Source: Chloroflexota bacterium (lineage in GTDB: Bacteria > Chloroflexota > Limnocylindria > Limnocylindrales > CSP1-4). From it: 64,000 nt of DNA. Position numbers and translations under genes: made by a program. Under the pieces are notes generated by a model. It did no database searches. It was not told where the DNA came from and saw only the letters and a list, made by a program, of their open reading frames with translations. Shown piece by piece: positions 52,989 through 62,673 of the stretch (its first letter is position 1; every line of letters begins with the position of its first letter). The stretch spans positions 1,076 to 65,075 of the forward strand of contig PMXQ01000112.1 in NCBI GenBank assembly GCA_003171065.1. Direction: 5' to 3'.

Positions 52989-54314
52989 GTGACTCAGGCC
53001 TTTGTCCGGTACATGAGGAGCTTCACCGGATTCAGCCGCGACGCCCGGCTGTTCCTTGTCACGACCATCGTCTACGGCGCCGTCATCAGCCTGTATTGGG
53101 CCGACTTCAACCTGTACGTCGGGGCGATCGGCCTCAGCCCTTCGACGATGGGCGGACTGATGTCCGTCTCGATGCTGGCGGGGGTCCTCGTGGCGCTCCC
53201 CTGCGGCGCGCTCTCGGACCGCGTCGGCAGGCGGGCGGTCATGATCGGCGGCATGGCCTTGGTCGCCATCGCGATGCTCGCGGTGCTGCCCGGAAACGTG
53301 GCCCTGCTCTTCGTTGGCGTGGCCGCCCTTGGGGCGGGCTCTCAGGCCGTGAACGTCGTCCAGATCCCCTTCATTGCCGAGCACACCCGGCCCGACCAGC
53401 GAAACGAGTACTTCGCGATCTGGTCGGCCATCAACAACATGACCGCGGTCGTGGCCATGCTGGCAGGCGGCGCGATCGCGACCGTGCTGGCCACCGGTCT
53501 CGGGCTCGGCGGAGGTCCGGCGCCATACCGGGTGCTGCTCGTGGGGATCGCGCTGTTCGGTGTCCTTTCGGTGGTCACGGTGTTGCCTCTCACAAGCGAC
53601 CGCCCCGGGCTCGATCACCCGCGCCGCGCGCAGGGCCACAGATTCGGCATCACCGTCTCGAACCGTGGCCTGTTCGTGCGGCTGCTCCTGCCCGGCTTCA
53701 TCACCGCACTCGGCGCCGGTCAGCTCATCCCGTTCCTCAACGTCTTCATCCAGAAGAAGTTCAACCTGGGCCTGCCCGAGATCAACGCGGTCATCGCCAT
53801 CGCGTACCTCGGAACGACGGCCGCGATCATCGCGCAACCCGCCCTGGCGCGGCGCTTCGGCCGGATCGGATCGATCGTCCTGGTCCAGGCGTCCAGCATC
53901 CCCTTCCTGCTGGTCCTGGGCTTCTCCCCGGTGCTGTGGACCGTGATCGTGGCCCTGGCCGTGCGCAACTCCATGATGAACGCGGGCAGTCCCATCTTCG
54001 ATGCCTTTGCCATGGAGCACGTCTCCGCGGCCGAGCGAGCAACGCTGGCGGCCGGCATGACGCTGTTGTGGTCCCTGGGCGAGACGGTCGCGCCCCTCTA
54101 CTACGGTGAGCTGCAGAGCAGGCTCGGCTTCACGGCGGGTTACGCCGTGGACTTCATCACCATCATCGTGCTCTACACGATCGCCACGTCGCTGCTGTGG
54201 AGGTGGTTCCGCGGCTCCGACCGCGTGGCTCGGGAGGCCGCGGCTGCCGCAGGGGGGGCCGAAATCGAACCGGTTCTGGTCGAGACGCCGGTCACTCTGC
54301 TCGAGCACGCCTGA
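52989..54314 (+). CDS. MFS transporter
   Basis: About 12 hydrophobic segments. The loop 2-3 motif is GALSDRVGRRAVM. Confidence 0.85.
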   Translation: MTQAFVRYMRSFTGFSRDARLFLVTTIVYGAVISLYWADFNLYVGAIGLSPSTMGGLMSVSMLAGVLVALPCGALSDRVGRRAVMIGGMALVAIAMLAVLPGNVALLFVGVAALGAGSQAVNVVQIPFIAEHTRPDQRNEYFAIWSAINNMTAVVAMLAGGAIATVLATGLGLGGGPAPYRVLLVGIALFGVLSVVTVLPLTSDRPGLDHPRRAQGHRFGITVSNRGLFVRLLLPGFITALGAGQLIPFLNVFIQKKFNLGLPEINAVIAIAYLGTTAAIIAQPALARRFGRIGSIVLVQASSIPFLLVLGFSPVLWTVIVALAVRNSMMNAGSPIFDAFAMEHVSAAERATLAAGMTLLWSLGETVAPLYYGELQSRLGFTAGYAVDFITIIVLYTIATSLLWRWFRGSDRVAREAAAAAGGAEIEPVLVETPVTLLEHA

Positions 54315-54368
54315 CCCATTCACGCAGGCTGCAATGGAGGCCGCCGCCTCCCGGCGCGGTCGACAGGA

Positions 54369-55781
54369 TCAGTCAGGAGAGGCGGCGCTCCGGAGCTTTG
54401 CCAGCAAGTCGGCGATCTTGCGGTCCGGTCCGAGACGGGCGATGTCGCCCAGGGCGGCGTCGGAGAGCGGCACGGGGCCGAGCGCCAACACCCGCTCCAG
54501 GGCCGCCACCGCTCGCTTCCGATCGCCCGCCCGGGCTGCGCTCCGCGCCTCCAGTGCGGCACTCCTGGCGCCGCCGGACCGCCCGAGCATCGACGCCGCC
54601 GCCATCGAGTCCTCGAACCGGCCGAGAGCGTGCAGACCGACCTGCAGCTTCAGCAGGGCCGGTATTCGATCGCCCGTCTGGTCGCGCCGCAGCACGCCGA
54701 GCAGCTGCGAGACCCGATTGGCCTCGACGACCCGCGTCACGATCCCGAACACTGCCAGCGGGTCCGTCTCGGTCGCGAGGCGGGCCGCCACGGCCGGATC
54801 GTCGCGATTCGCGACCATGCCGACAACGTCGGGCAGCAGTGGCGCCGGCCGGCGTTCCAGCTCGTCGAGGTCTGTCACCGCCGCTTCACCGGAGCCGCCC
54901 GGCATCGTTTCCGCGAGCGCCTCGCCAAAGGCGCGACGCGACTCCGCCGCCACCATCACCAGCGGCTGCCGTCCCCCTCCGCGCCCCTCGCCGCGCTTAC
55001 CCTCGCCGCGCTTACCCTTGCCGCGCTTACCCTCGCCGTCCGAGCTCGAGCGCGATTCCGCTCGAGGCCCTGCCCAGGCGCCTTTCGACGGCGCGGCGCC
55101 CGCCACGCGCCGCCCGCCGGGGCCGCCCGAAGCGAGCTGCCACAGCGTCAGATAAGGCTCCGGGTTGAAGAGCCCGAAGAAGAAGACAACGATGGCCAGG
55201 TAGAAGAAGCCGACGAAGATCGCGCCGACGGCGATCGCGGCGCTGCACAGCGCCACCGCCGCGAGGCCCGGCCGCTTGCCACGCGGACCCAGCACAACCG
55301 CGAAGAGGTTCGTGATGACGCTGCCGCCGTCCAGGCCGGCGATCGGCAGCAGGTTCAGGATGCCCCACCACAGGTTGACGAAGACCAGGTCGCTGGCCGT
55401 CGCCGCGAATGGGTCGCCCGACGGAAGCCATGGCTTGACCACCATGACCGCGATGGCGACCGGTATCCCGACCAGCGGACCCGCCAGGCTGACCAGGATC
55501 GACTTGCGCGGCGGCAACACGAAGCCCGAGATCGTGAGCCCGCCCATGCCCCACAGCCGTATCTCCGGGTGGATGTTGTACATGCTCAAGGCGAAGGCGT
55601 GCCCGAGCTCGTGGATGAGGAGCGAGACCGCCACGACCACGACCCACTCGAGGATGTAGACGCCGGGCCGGGCCCCCAGGCCGATGATCAGGGTGATCAG
55701 CAGGAAGTCGACCCCGATCGTGACCGGGAAGCCGAAGAGGCGGAATCGAAGGCCGGGTAGCGATGGCGTCACGAGTGGCAT
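54369..55781 (-). CDS. M50 (site-2 protease-like) membrane metalloprotease with a cytoplasmic helical C-terminal extension
   Basis: HELGHAF (HExxH) and NLLPIAGLDGG (NxxPxxxxDG). An in-frame 15-bp repeat x3 (54991..55035) encodes a Gly/Lys/Arg/Glu-rich (GKRG-type) segment. Confidence 0.8.
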   Translation of the reverse strand: MPLVTPSLPGLRFRLFGFPVTIGVDFLLITLIIGLGARPGVYILEWVVVVAVSLLIHELGHAFALSMYNIHPEIRLWGMGGLTISGFVLPPRKSILVSLAGPLVGIPVAIAVMVVKPWLPSGDPFAATASDLVFVNLWWGILNLLPIAGLDGGSVITNLFAVVLGPRGKRPGLAAVALCSAAIAVGAIFVGFFYLAIVVFFFGLFNPEPYLTLWQLASGGPGGRRVAGAAPSKGAWAGPRAESRSSSDGEGKRGKGKRGEGKRGEGRGGGRQPLVMVAAESRRAFGEALAETMPGGSGEAAVTDLDELERRPAPLLPDVVGMVANRDDPAVAARLATETDPLAVFGIVTRVVEANRVSQLLGVLRRDQTGDRIPALLKLQVGLHALGRFEDSMAAASMLGRSGGARSAALEARSAARAGDRKRAVAALERVLALGPVPLSDAALGDIARLGPDRKIADLLAKLRSAASPD

Positions 55782-55940
55782 CCTGGCGGCGAGACCCGAT
55801 TGTGCGCCGTGTTGCGGCGCGCGCTCAGGTTAGCCGAGCCAGTGGCGGCTGGACAAGGGCAACCTCCCGAACCCGGGACCCTCTGTCGCGCGAGCGTCAC
55901 CACCGCAGCCGACAGCGCGAAAGCGGCGGGCGGTTTCGTC

Positions 55941-58900
55941 CTACGGCCCTAACCGGGCCGCCGCTGCTCCGCGTGGCCTGCCCGGTTCCGGCATCCACTC
56001 CCCCAGCGAATGGACTTCCGCCAGGCGCGTCCGCAGATCCGGATCCAGCGCCTCGGCCGCAGCCACGGCGGTCTCGATCGCGGTCAGGCAGAGGATCCCC
56101 TGGGCCGTGGCGGCGAGGCGGATTTCGGCCGCGTCGCGGACCGGGCCGGACTTCGGGGACGGCGTGTTGACCACCAGCCGCACCGAGCCGCCGGCGATGA
56201 GATCCAGGATGGTGACCTGCGCGTCGCCGGGCCGCTCCCCCATCTTGGCAACGACCTGCGCCTCGTGGCCCAGCCTGCGCAGCTCGGCCGCGGTTCCGGA
56301 GGTGGCCGCGAACCGATAGCCGGCTCTTGCCAGCGCCGCTGCCACGCGCGGCAGCTCCTTCTTGTCCCGCTCCGCGACGGAGATAAGGGCAAGCGCCCCG
56401 TCGGCGCCCGGCCGCGGCGGGATCAGCGCCGCGCCCTGCATCGCCTTGGCCAGCGCCACTCTCGGGTCGGTGTGGATGCCGATGACCTCGCCAGTGGACT
56501 GCATCCCCGGGCCGACGCTCGGGTCGACGCCACGGAGCTTGGCCGTGGAGAAGGCCGGCGCCTTGACCGCGACCAGCGGCGGCGGCTTCAGCAGGCCGTT
56601 CCCCCACCCCATCGCGCGCAGCGTCTCGCCCAGAGCGATCCGGACCGCCAGCTTGACCATCGGCACGCCCGTGACCTTCGACATGAACGGCACCGTCCGG
56701 CTCGCGCGCGGGTTCACTTCGATCAGATATACACCGTCGTCGCGGACGATGAACTGCGCGTTGACCAGACCGTGGACATCCAACGCCCGAACGATCCGGT
56801 CCATGGCGGCGACGATCAGCTCCTGGTCGGAGACCGAGACCGTCTGAGGCGGGAACATCCCGACCGAGTCGCCCGAATGGACGCCGGCTCGCTCGACGTG
56901 CTCCAGCAGGCCCGGGATCAGAACCGACTCGCCGTCGGAGATCGCGTCAACGTCCACCTCGATTCCCTCGAGGTAGCGGTCGATACGAACCGGTCGATCG
57001 GGGTCGACGACGGTCGCGCGCGCCAGCTGCTCCACGAGATCCGAGGGCGAATAGCTGAAGTCGATGGCGAGGCCGCCGATGACGAACGACGGTCGAACGA
57101 TGACCGGGTAGCCGATCCGGTCGGCGAGCGCCAGTGCCTCCTCGATCGAGCGAGCCATCCCGCCTTCGGGCTGCGGGATGCCGACCGCCTCGACCAGGTT
57201 GGCGAAGCGGATGCGGTCCTCCGCCTGGTCGATCGTCTCCAGGTTCGCGCCGAGCAGCGGGATGCCGGCGGCGGCGAGCGACTCGGCCAGGTTGAGGGGC
57301 GTCTGGCCGCCGAACTGGACGAAGGCGCCGAGCATCGGCCGGCCGTTGGGCGACTCGGCCTCGACGACCGAACGGACGCTCTCGGGATCGAGCGGCTCGA
57401 AGTACAGGCGGGAGCTGGCGTCGAAGTCGGTCGAGACCGTCTCCGGGTTCGAGTTGATCATGACCGCCTGCCAGCCCCGCTCACGAAGCTCGGCCGCGGC
57501 CTGGACCGCGCAGTAGTCGAACTCGATCCCCTGCCCGATCCGCACCGGGCCGGAACCGATGACAAGCGCCGCGGGCCGCTCCACGGGCGGCAGCTCCGGC
57601 TCGGAGCCCGCGGCCGCGTACGTGGCATAGAGGTAGGGCGTCTCGGCGGCGAACTCCGCCGCGCACGTGTCCACCATCGCGTAGCCCGGCACCAGGCCGA
57701 GCTCCATCCGCGCCAATCGAATCGCCTCGGCTGAGACCCCCGCTATCTGCGCGAGCTCGCGATCCCCGAAGCCGGCGCGCTTCACGGTCGCCAGGAGAGT
57801 GGCCGCCTCATCGTCCCGTGGCTCCGCGATCCGTGCCCCCATCTTGCGCACCTCGCGCTCCAGGGCGATCGCCCTCTCGAACTCCCACAGGAACCAGGCT
57901 GAGATGCCCGTCACACCGCGGATCCGCTCCGCCGGCATGCCCCGCCGCAGCAGCGCCAGGATCCGCCACAGCCGCGAGTCGGACGGCGCCAGGAAGCGCT
58001 TCAGGACGATCGGATAGGCCATCCGCTCGGCGTGCGCCTTCGCCTCGCACACCAGACCGCTGGTATCGACCGTGACGAACGCGGGCTCCGCGACCGCCGG
58101 TTCCATCAGGTAGTCGAGCGTCGCCTGCCAGCCCGCGTTTTCGGCCAGCCAGCCGGCGCCCGCCTGTTCGAGCGCGCGCAGCGCCTTGTTCAGCGCCGAG
58201 CCGAATGTTCGGTCGATCGCCATCACCTCGCCGGTCGCCTTCATCTGGCTGCCCAGCGTTCGGTCGGCCGTTGGGAACTTGTCGAACGGGAAGCGCGGCA
58301 GCTTGACGACCACGTAGTCGAGCGCCGGCTCAAAGGCCGCCACCGTGGTCCCCGTCACGACGTTCGGGATCTCCGCCAGCCGCCGGCCCGCCGCGATCTG
58401 GGCCGCGACGCGCGCGATCGGATAGCCGGTCGCCTTCGACGCGAGCGCGGACGATCGGCTGACGCGCGGGTTGACCTCGATGACCGCGTAGTCGGTGTAG
58501 TCGGGCGAGAGCGCGAACTGGACGTTGCAGCCGCCCTCGACCCCCAGCGCCCGGATGATCGCGAGCGACGCGGAGCGCAGGCGCTGGTGGACGGGATCCG
58601 GGAGCGTCTGGACCGGCGCGACCACGATCGAGTCGCCGGTATGGATGCCGAGCGGGTCGACGTTCTCCATCGAGCAGACGGCGATGCAGGTGTCGTCCGC
58701 GTCGCGCATGACCTCGTATTCGATCTCCTGCCAGCCCACCAGGCAGCGCTCGATCATGACCTGGTGGATGGGGCTGAGTCGCAGGCCGGTCCGCGTCCGC
58801 TCCCAGTACGCCGCCTCGGTCTCGACGATGCCACCGCCCGTGCCGCCGAGGGTGAACGCGGGCCGGATGATCGCCGGCAGCCCGATCTTCGTCAGCGCCT

Positions 58901-59444
58901 CGTGGGCCGCCGCGTCGCGCGCCTCTTCCGTCTCGCCCTCAACGATCCAGCTCGGCGCGTACGGCTGGGCGATCCGGTCGAGCAGATCGCGGAACTGCTC
59001 GCGGTCCTCGGCCATCTCGATGGCCTCGAGCGGCGTGCCGATCAGCCGGACATTGTATTTGTCGAGGACGCCGGCCTTGGCCAGCGCCATCGCGAGGTTC
59101 AGCCCGGTCTGGCCGCCGAGCCCGGCAAGCAGCCCCTCCGGCCGCTCTTTGGCGATGACCTGTTCGATCGCCTCCACGGTGAGCGGCTCGAGGTAGACGG
59201 CGTCGGCCACCTCGGCGTCGGTCATGATCGTGGCCGGGTTCGAATTGACCAGGATCGTCCGAACGCCCTCGGCCCGGAGCGCGCGGCAGGCCTGGGTGCC
59301 GGCATAGTCGAACTCGGCCGCCTGGCCGATGACCACGGGCCCGGAGCCGATGATCAGCGCGCTCTTGGGCTTGGGGCGGTCGGCCCGCGGCGCCGGGTTT
59401 GCGGGCACGGGGTACGGGGCGGTCGGCAACGGCGGCTGCCTCAC
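55941..59444 (-). CDS. carB: Carbamoyl-phosphate synthase large subunit
   Basis: Two ATP-grasp halves (SALIIGSGPVVIGQAAEFDYAGTQA and ALVIGSGPVRIGQGIEFDYCAVQA) plus a C-terminal MGS-like domain. The true start may be GTG 59408. Confidence 0.95.
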   Translation of the reverse strand: MRQPPLPTAPYPVPANPAPRADRPKPKSALIIGSGPVVIGQAAEFDYAGTQACRALRAEGVRTILVNSNPATIMTDAEVADAVYLEPLTVEAIEQVIAKERPEGLLAGLGGQTGLNLAMALAKAGVLDKYNVRLIGTPLEAIEMAEDREQFRDLLDRIAQPYAPSWIVEGETEEARDAAAHEALTKIGLPAIIRPAFTLGGTGGGIVETEAAYWERTRTGLRLSPIHQVMIERCLVGWQEIEYEVMRDADDTCIAVCSMENVDPLGIHTGDSIVVAPVQTLPDPVHQRLRSASLAIIRALGVEGGCNVQFALSPDYTDYAVIEVNPRVSRSSALASKATGYPIARVAAQIAAGRRLAEIPNVVTGTTVAAFEPALDYVVVKLPRFPFDKFPTADRTLGSQMKATGEVMAIDRTFGSALNKALRALEQAGAGWLAENAGWQATLDYLMEPAVAEPAFVTVDTSGLVCEAKAHAERMAYPIVLKRFLAPSDSRLWRILALLRRGMPAERIRGVTGISAWFLWEFERAIALEREVRKMGARIAEPRDDEAATLLATVKRAGFGDRELAQIAGVSAEAIRLARMELGLVPGYAMVDTCAAEFAAETPYLYATYAAAGSEPELPPVERPAALVIGSGPVRIGQGIEFDYCAVQAAAELRERGWQAVMINSNPETVSTDFDASSRLYFEPLDPESVRSVVEAESPNGRPMLGAFVQFGGQTPLNLAESLAAAGIPLLGANLETIDQAEDRIRFANLVEAVGIPQPEGGMARSIEEALALADRIGYPVIVRPSFVIGGLAIDFSYSPSDLVEQLARATVVDPDRPVRIDRYLEGIEVDVDAISDGESVLIPGLLEHVERAGVHSGDSVGMFPPQTVSVSDQELIVAAMDRIVRALDVHGLVNAQFIVRDDGVYLIEVNPRASRTVPFMSKVTGVPMVKLAVRIALGETLRAMGWGNGLLKPPPLVAVKAPAFSTAKLRGVDPSVGPGMQSTGEVIGIHTDPRVALAKAMQGAALIPPRPGADGALALISVAERDKKELPRVAAALARAGYRFAATSGTAAELRRLGHEAQVVAKMGERPGDAQVTILDLIAGGSVRLVVNTPSPKSGPVRDAAEIRLAATAQGILCLTAIETAVAAAEALDPDLRTRLAEVHSLGEWMPEPGRPRGAAAARLGP

Positions 59445-59676
59445 ACAAAAAGGCCACCGGCCGAGTTCGCGCGGTGGTTCTCATTGCAGGCGACCATGAA
59501 CCTCCTTCCCGGCCTCACTGGACCGGTACGCCGGCCTCACAGGACCGGCCACAAAGGTTGGGGGAAGGATAGCAGGAAGGGATCAGCCCCACGTCGGCTG
59601 GTGTCGTTGCCCCACGTCGGCACGGTGGAGACCCGTCCCTTGAGCCTCTCCCCGCGCCAGCCGAGCTGCAATCCGC
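59445..59676 (-). promoter_or_regulatory. Structured carB leader with tandem hairpins, a GAGAGGCU-containing element and a terminator-like hairpin with a U-run
   Basis: On the minus strand, GGGGAGAGGCTCAAGGGAC is the complement of 59635..59653. Repeats lie at 59509..59526 / 59531..59548 and 59586..59598 / 59609..59621. The hairpin at 59454..59477 is followed by U5 (plus-strand A-run at 59447..59451). Confidence 0.4.
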
Positions 59677-60957
59677 CTAATCGACCCGTTGGAGCCTGCG
59701 GGACCAGCGCAAGTGGAAGACGAGGTACGGGTCTGGAAGGTCGAGCACCTGCTTCTGCTCGTCCCAATCAATTGCCCGCTCGTTCGGGAACTTCGCCAAG
59801 GCCAGATTGTTCATCTGTTGACACGTCCCCACGATGCTCGATCCCACCGGCGACTCACCCAAGCAGACCTCTTGGGTCCGTCGAGTCAGCTCCTCGTAGG
59901 CGAATGACAGTCGAGGCGGGTCTGCAGCGACCGCCTTGAGGACGCAGCGGTAGACGTCTCCTGACGTGCCATCGCTAAAGGAGTAGGCCTTTCGCTCCGT
60001 CCCGCGCGTACGGGCTCCCGCGTCAAGCACATCGACTAAAGATCGGAAATCCGTTGTGGCACTGGTCTGCTCAAAGATCTCGTCCATTTGGTCGGCTGAG
60101 ACTTCGAGGTCTCGTCGTTTGTCAAGAGCTTCCCGAACTTCGAGTCGGAAGCACGCGTCGAGACAGAGCTGCTGCATGAGCTGAGGAGAGCCAGCCGATT
60201 CGCTGACTAGCTTGCCCGCGGTGGTTGCGTTCACTCTCACATTCAAGGCGTGGAAACCGCTCGCGGCGATCTTGCCTAGATCGGCGCCGCTCCAGTACTC
60301 GAGATCGACGGCACGGACGCGCCCACGCAACTCAGGGTTCGCTCTCACAACATCGTCCCCTCGGTGTCGGACGGCAGCGGTGCATAGCTTGATCCCAAGC
60401 CTCGTCGCTTCTTTCAGCGACTTCGCCGCCTCGGCCTGAACCTCTCGGGGCATGTAGTGAAAGTCATCGAGCAGGACGACAAAGTCACTCCCAGCGATTT
60501 CCTTGGCAACCTGAGCCAAGCCTCGACGAACGGTAGTCGTTGAGGCGCCACGCTCGTGACCGATTTCCACGCCCGCGGTGCCCTCTATCGTCGCCTTGGC
60601 CAACATCGGGATGCCAGCCGAACCGCTGGCTGACCCAGAAAGCGTGGCAGCGCCGGAGGTCAAACTGGATTTCGTAACCGTGGATGGGGCGTCCATCCAG
60701 TCAAGGACTCGGGCCCAGATTTCGTCAGCGTGCTGAATGCCCGCACCCGTAATTGTGATCAACTGATCTCGGCCGACCACCTTCTCGACCAGAACCGTCT
60801 TGCCGGACTTAGACGGCCCCACGAGAGAGACGATCTGCCCAGGCGTTTCAAGTCCATCGCGCACCATCTGCTCCAAACCGACCCCAGTCCTCTCGACGTA
60901 GGTCTCGACGGGAAAAGAGCCTGGAGTGAACACATCGGTCGCGCGGAGTGGCATCAA
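59677..60957 (-). CDS. Orphan P-loop (AAA-like) ATPase, function unknown
   Basis: Walker A LVGPSKSGKTVLV and Walker B FVVLLDDFHYM. The C-terminal ~200 aa has no recognisable domain. GC looks lower than in the flanks. Confidence 0.7.
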   Translation of the reverse strand: MMPLRATDVFTPGSFPVETYVERTGVGLEQMVRDGLETPGQIVSLVGPSKSGKTVLVEKVVGRDQLITITGAGIQHADEIWARVLDWMDAPSTVTKSSLTSGAATLSGSASGSAGIPMLAKATIEGTAGVEIGHERGASTTTVRRGLAQVAKEIAGSDFVVLLDDFHYMPREVQAEAAKSLKEATRLGIKLCTAAVRHRGDDVVRANPELRGRVRAVDLEYWSGADLGKIAASGFHALNVRVNATTAGKLVSESAGSPQLMQQLCLDACFRLEVREALDKRRDLEVSADQMDEIFEQTSATTDFRSLVDVLDAGARTRGTERKAYSFSDGTSGDVYRCVLKAVAADPPRLSFAYEELTRRTQEVCLGESPVGSSIVGTCQQMNNLALAKFPNERAIDWDEQKQVLDLPDPYLVFHLRWSRRLQRVD

Positions 60958-61487
60958 ATCCCTCTGACTTCGAATGTCGCCTAGGCAGGGGCTTCACCCT
61001 CGTCTTCGACCTAGACGATGCCCTCTAGCCTAGGTTGCCAGTCGTCGGTAGACCAGTCCTTTGCGCGCAGTCCATCTGCGTGCTGGCCGACCGGCGGCCA
61101 TGCTCTGATGTTCTCTGCGGAGGCGTCATGCGGGACTGCGCCAATACGAAGCGTGGGGCAGCAAGCCACAAGCGGTCGGCCGGCAGCCTGAGAGGAGGCC
61201 AGACATGGTGCGCCACGGCGAATTCGAGAGCCTCCCCTCCTTTCGAGCCGACAGGTAAGCGGAGGAGAGGGATAGTCGTCCGAGACGAAGATTCGGCGCG
61301 GACTCCGGGTCGTCCACGGCGACAAGGAGCTGGCTGAGAAGCTCGGTCGGAACTCTCTCTGCCCTTGCGGCTCCTCGAAGCGCTTTCAAGCGTTGCTGCA
61401 TGCGCTCGGGCGTCTTTGACGGCAGCGAGCGGGACGACTACTCGCGGTAGATGAGGCAGGCCTCGGGCGGTCGCTCGGGGCCGCCCC

Positions 61488-61805
61488 TCAGCTTCGATCG
61501 GTCGACTTGTTCTGCGGATCTGCCGTGAGTCTCTCGCTGCGCCAGACACGGACGACCCGGATGCGCTCGCCATCGATGCGGTAGACGATCCGGAAGGGCG
61601 GACGGATGAGCTCGCGCAGCCACGGCTGGTCGAACTCGGGCACCACTCGGCCGCTTTCCGGGAAGTCCACAAGCTGGTCCATGCTTGTCAAGATCTCGCG
61701 GACGAGTCGGTCCCCGACGTCCGGCGCAGACTGCGAGACGTACCAGTCGCGAACGGCTTCGAGATCGCGGACCGCCGACTCGGCGAGCGAGATGTGCCCC
61801 GGCAC
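61488..61805 (-). CDS. ParE/RelE-family toxin
   Basis: AESAVRDLEAVRDWY...FPESGRVVPEF...LRELIRPPFRIVYRIDGERIRVVRVW. The GTG at 61805 lies 1 nt after the antitoxin stop. Confidence 0.8.
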   Translation of the reverse strand: MPGHISLAESAVRDLEAVRDWYVSQSAPDVGDRLVREILTSMDQLVDFPESGRVVPEFDQPWLRELIRPPFRIVYRIDGERIRVVRVWRSERLTADPQNKSTDRS

Positions 61806-61806
61806 C

Positions 61807-62094
61807 TCAGTCGAGCCCGAGCCGGCGCCTGGCATCCTCGAGCGACAGTTCGCGGCCCTCCTCGAGGTCGAACAGTCCCGCGACGACGGCCCGCATGAAC
61901 TCGCGCTCTTCCTGTGTCGCCTCGAACTCGGGCAGCGTCTGAACGACCGCGACGCCCCGACCGCGGCTCGTCAACAGGACCGGGCGGCCCGACTCGCCAG
62001 CCCGCCGCACCACTTTGCCCGGGTTCACCTTCAGATCCCCGATAGGGACCACGTCCTCGGAGAACTTCACCCTGGTCCGCATCCGGACCTCCAT
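61807..62094 (-). CDS. Phd/YefM-family antitoxin
   Basis: VPIGDLKVNPGKVVRRAGESGRPVLLTSRGRGVAVVQTLPEFE matches the Phd/YefM N-terminal fold pattern. Confidence 0.8.
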   Translation of the reverse strand: MEVRMRTRVKFSEDVVPIGDLKVNPGKVVRRAGESGRPVLLTSRGRGVAVVQTLPEFEATQEEREFMRAVVAGLFDLEEGRELSLEDARRRLGLD

Positions 62095-62309
62095 ACAGCA
62101 CCTTTACAGTGGTGCCGAGAATAGCACCTGGTGGCAGGCTTCGCCGATCTCGAGAGCCGCCAACGGTGAAGCTGGCCAGGGGCGGAGATCAGGCGATCCC
62201 TGTGTTCCCGGCGCTTCGACTCTGCGCGAGCCGCGGGGGTGAGGGCTGGAGCGCAGGTGGCCGCCCAACGGCAGCCGGCCGCCCTTTGGGCCGAGACGCG
62301 CGGTAGATC

Positions 62310-62660
62310 AGCGACCGAGGACGATGTCGATTCCGGCGAGAACAAGCACCGGCAGGCCCAGGTCTCGCGCCGCGGCCGAGAGCCGGCGGCGTAGGTAACG
62401 AACGCGGTCAGCTCGCCGGCCGGCTCGAGGGCGGTGGCAAGTTGGATGGCATCGAGCGTGCGCAGGCTGGCGGGGCCGAGGGCGGCCGCCCGGGACAACC
62501 CACTCGCCGGTGCGTGTTCGCGTCGCTCATCGTCGTGCTCCGGCCTGCATGACGTCGAGCGCGGCCGCGACCGGCAGCAGCAGCAGCAGCGATTCCGACC
62601 TGCCCTGGGCGCGGCCGGCTCAGGAGACACCGCTCCGGTCGAATCGGCGCACATGGCCTA
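62310..62660 (-). pseudogene. Decayed PIN-domain (VapC-like) gene
   Basis: Own translation gives ..LRTLDAIQLATALEPAGELTAFVTY, then a frameshift, then RRLSAAARDLGLPVLVLAGIDIVLGR*. The N-terminal half is unrecognisable and contains a (CTG)5 run. Confidence 0.45.
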
Positions 62661-62673
62661 GAGTTCCGGCGAC

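Noticed and set aside
60958-61487. Several 90-215-aa ORFs on both strands between the ATPase and ParE genes
   Set aside because: They overlap one another, have no RBS or motif support, and their composition drifts. The region is treated as non-coding or decayed sequence.
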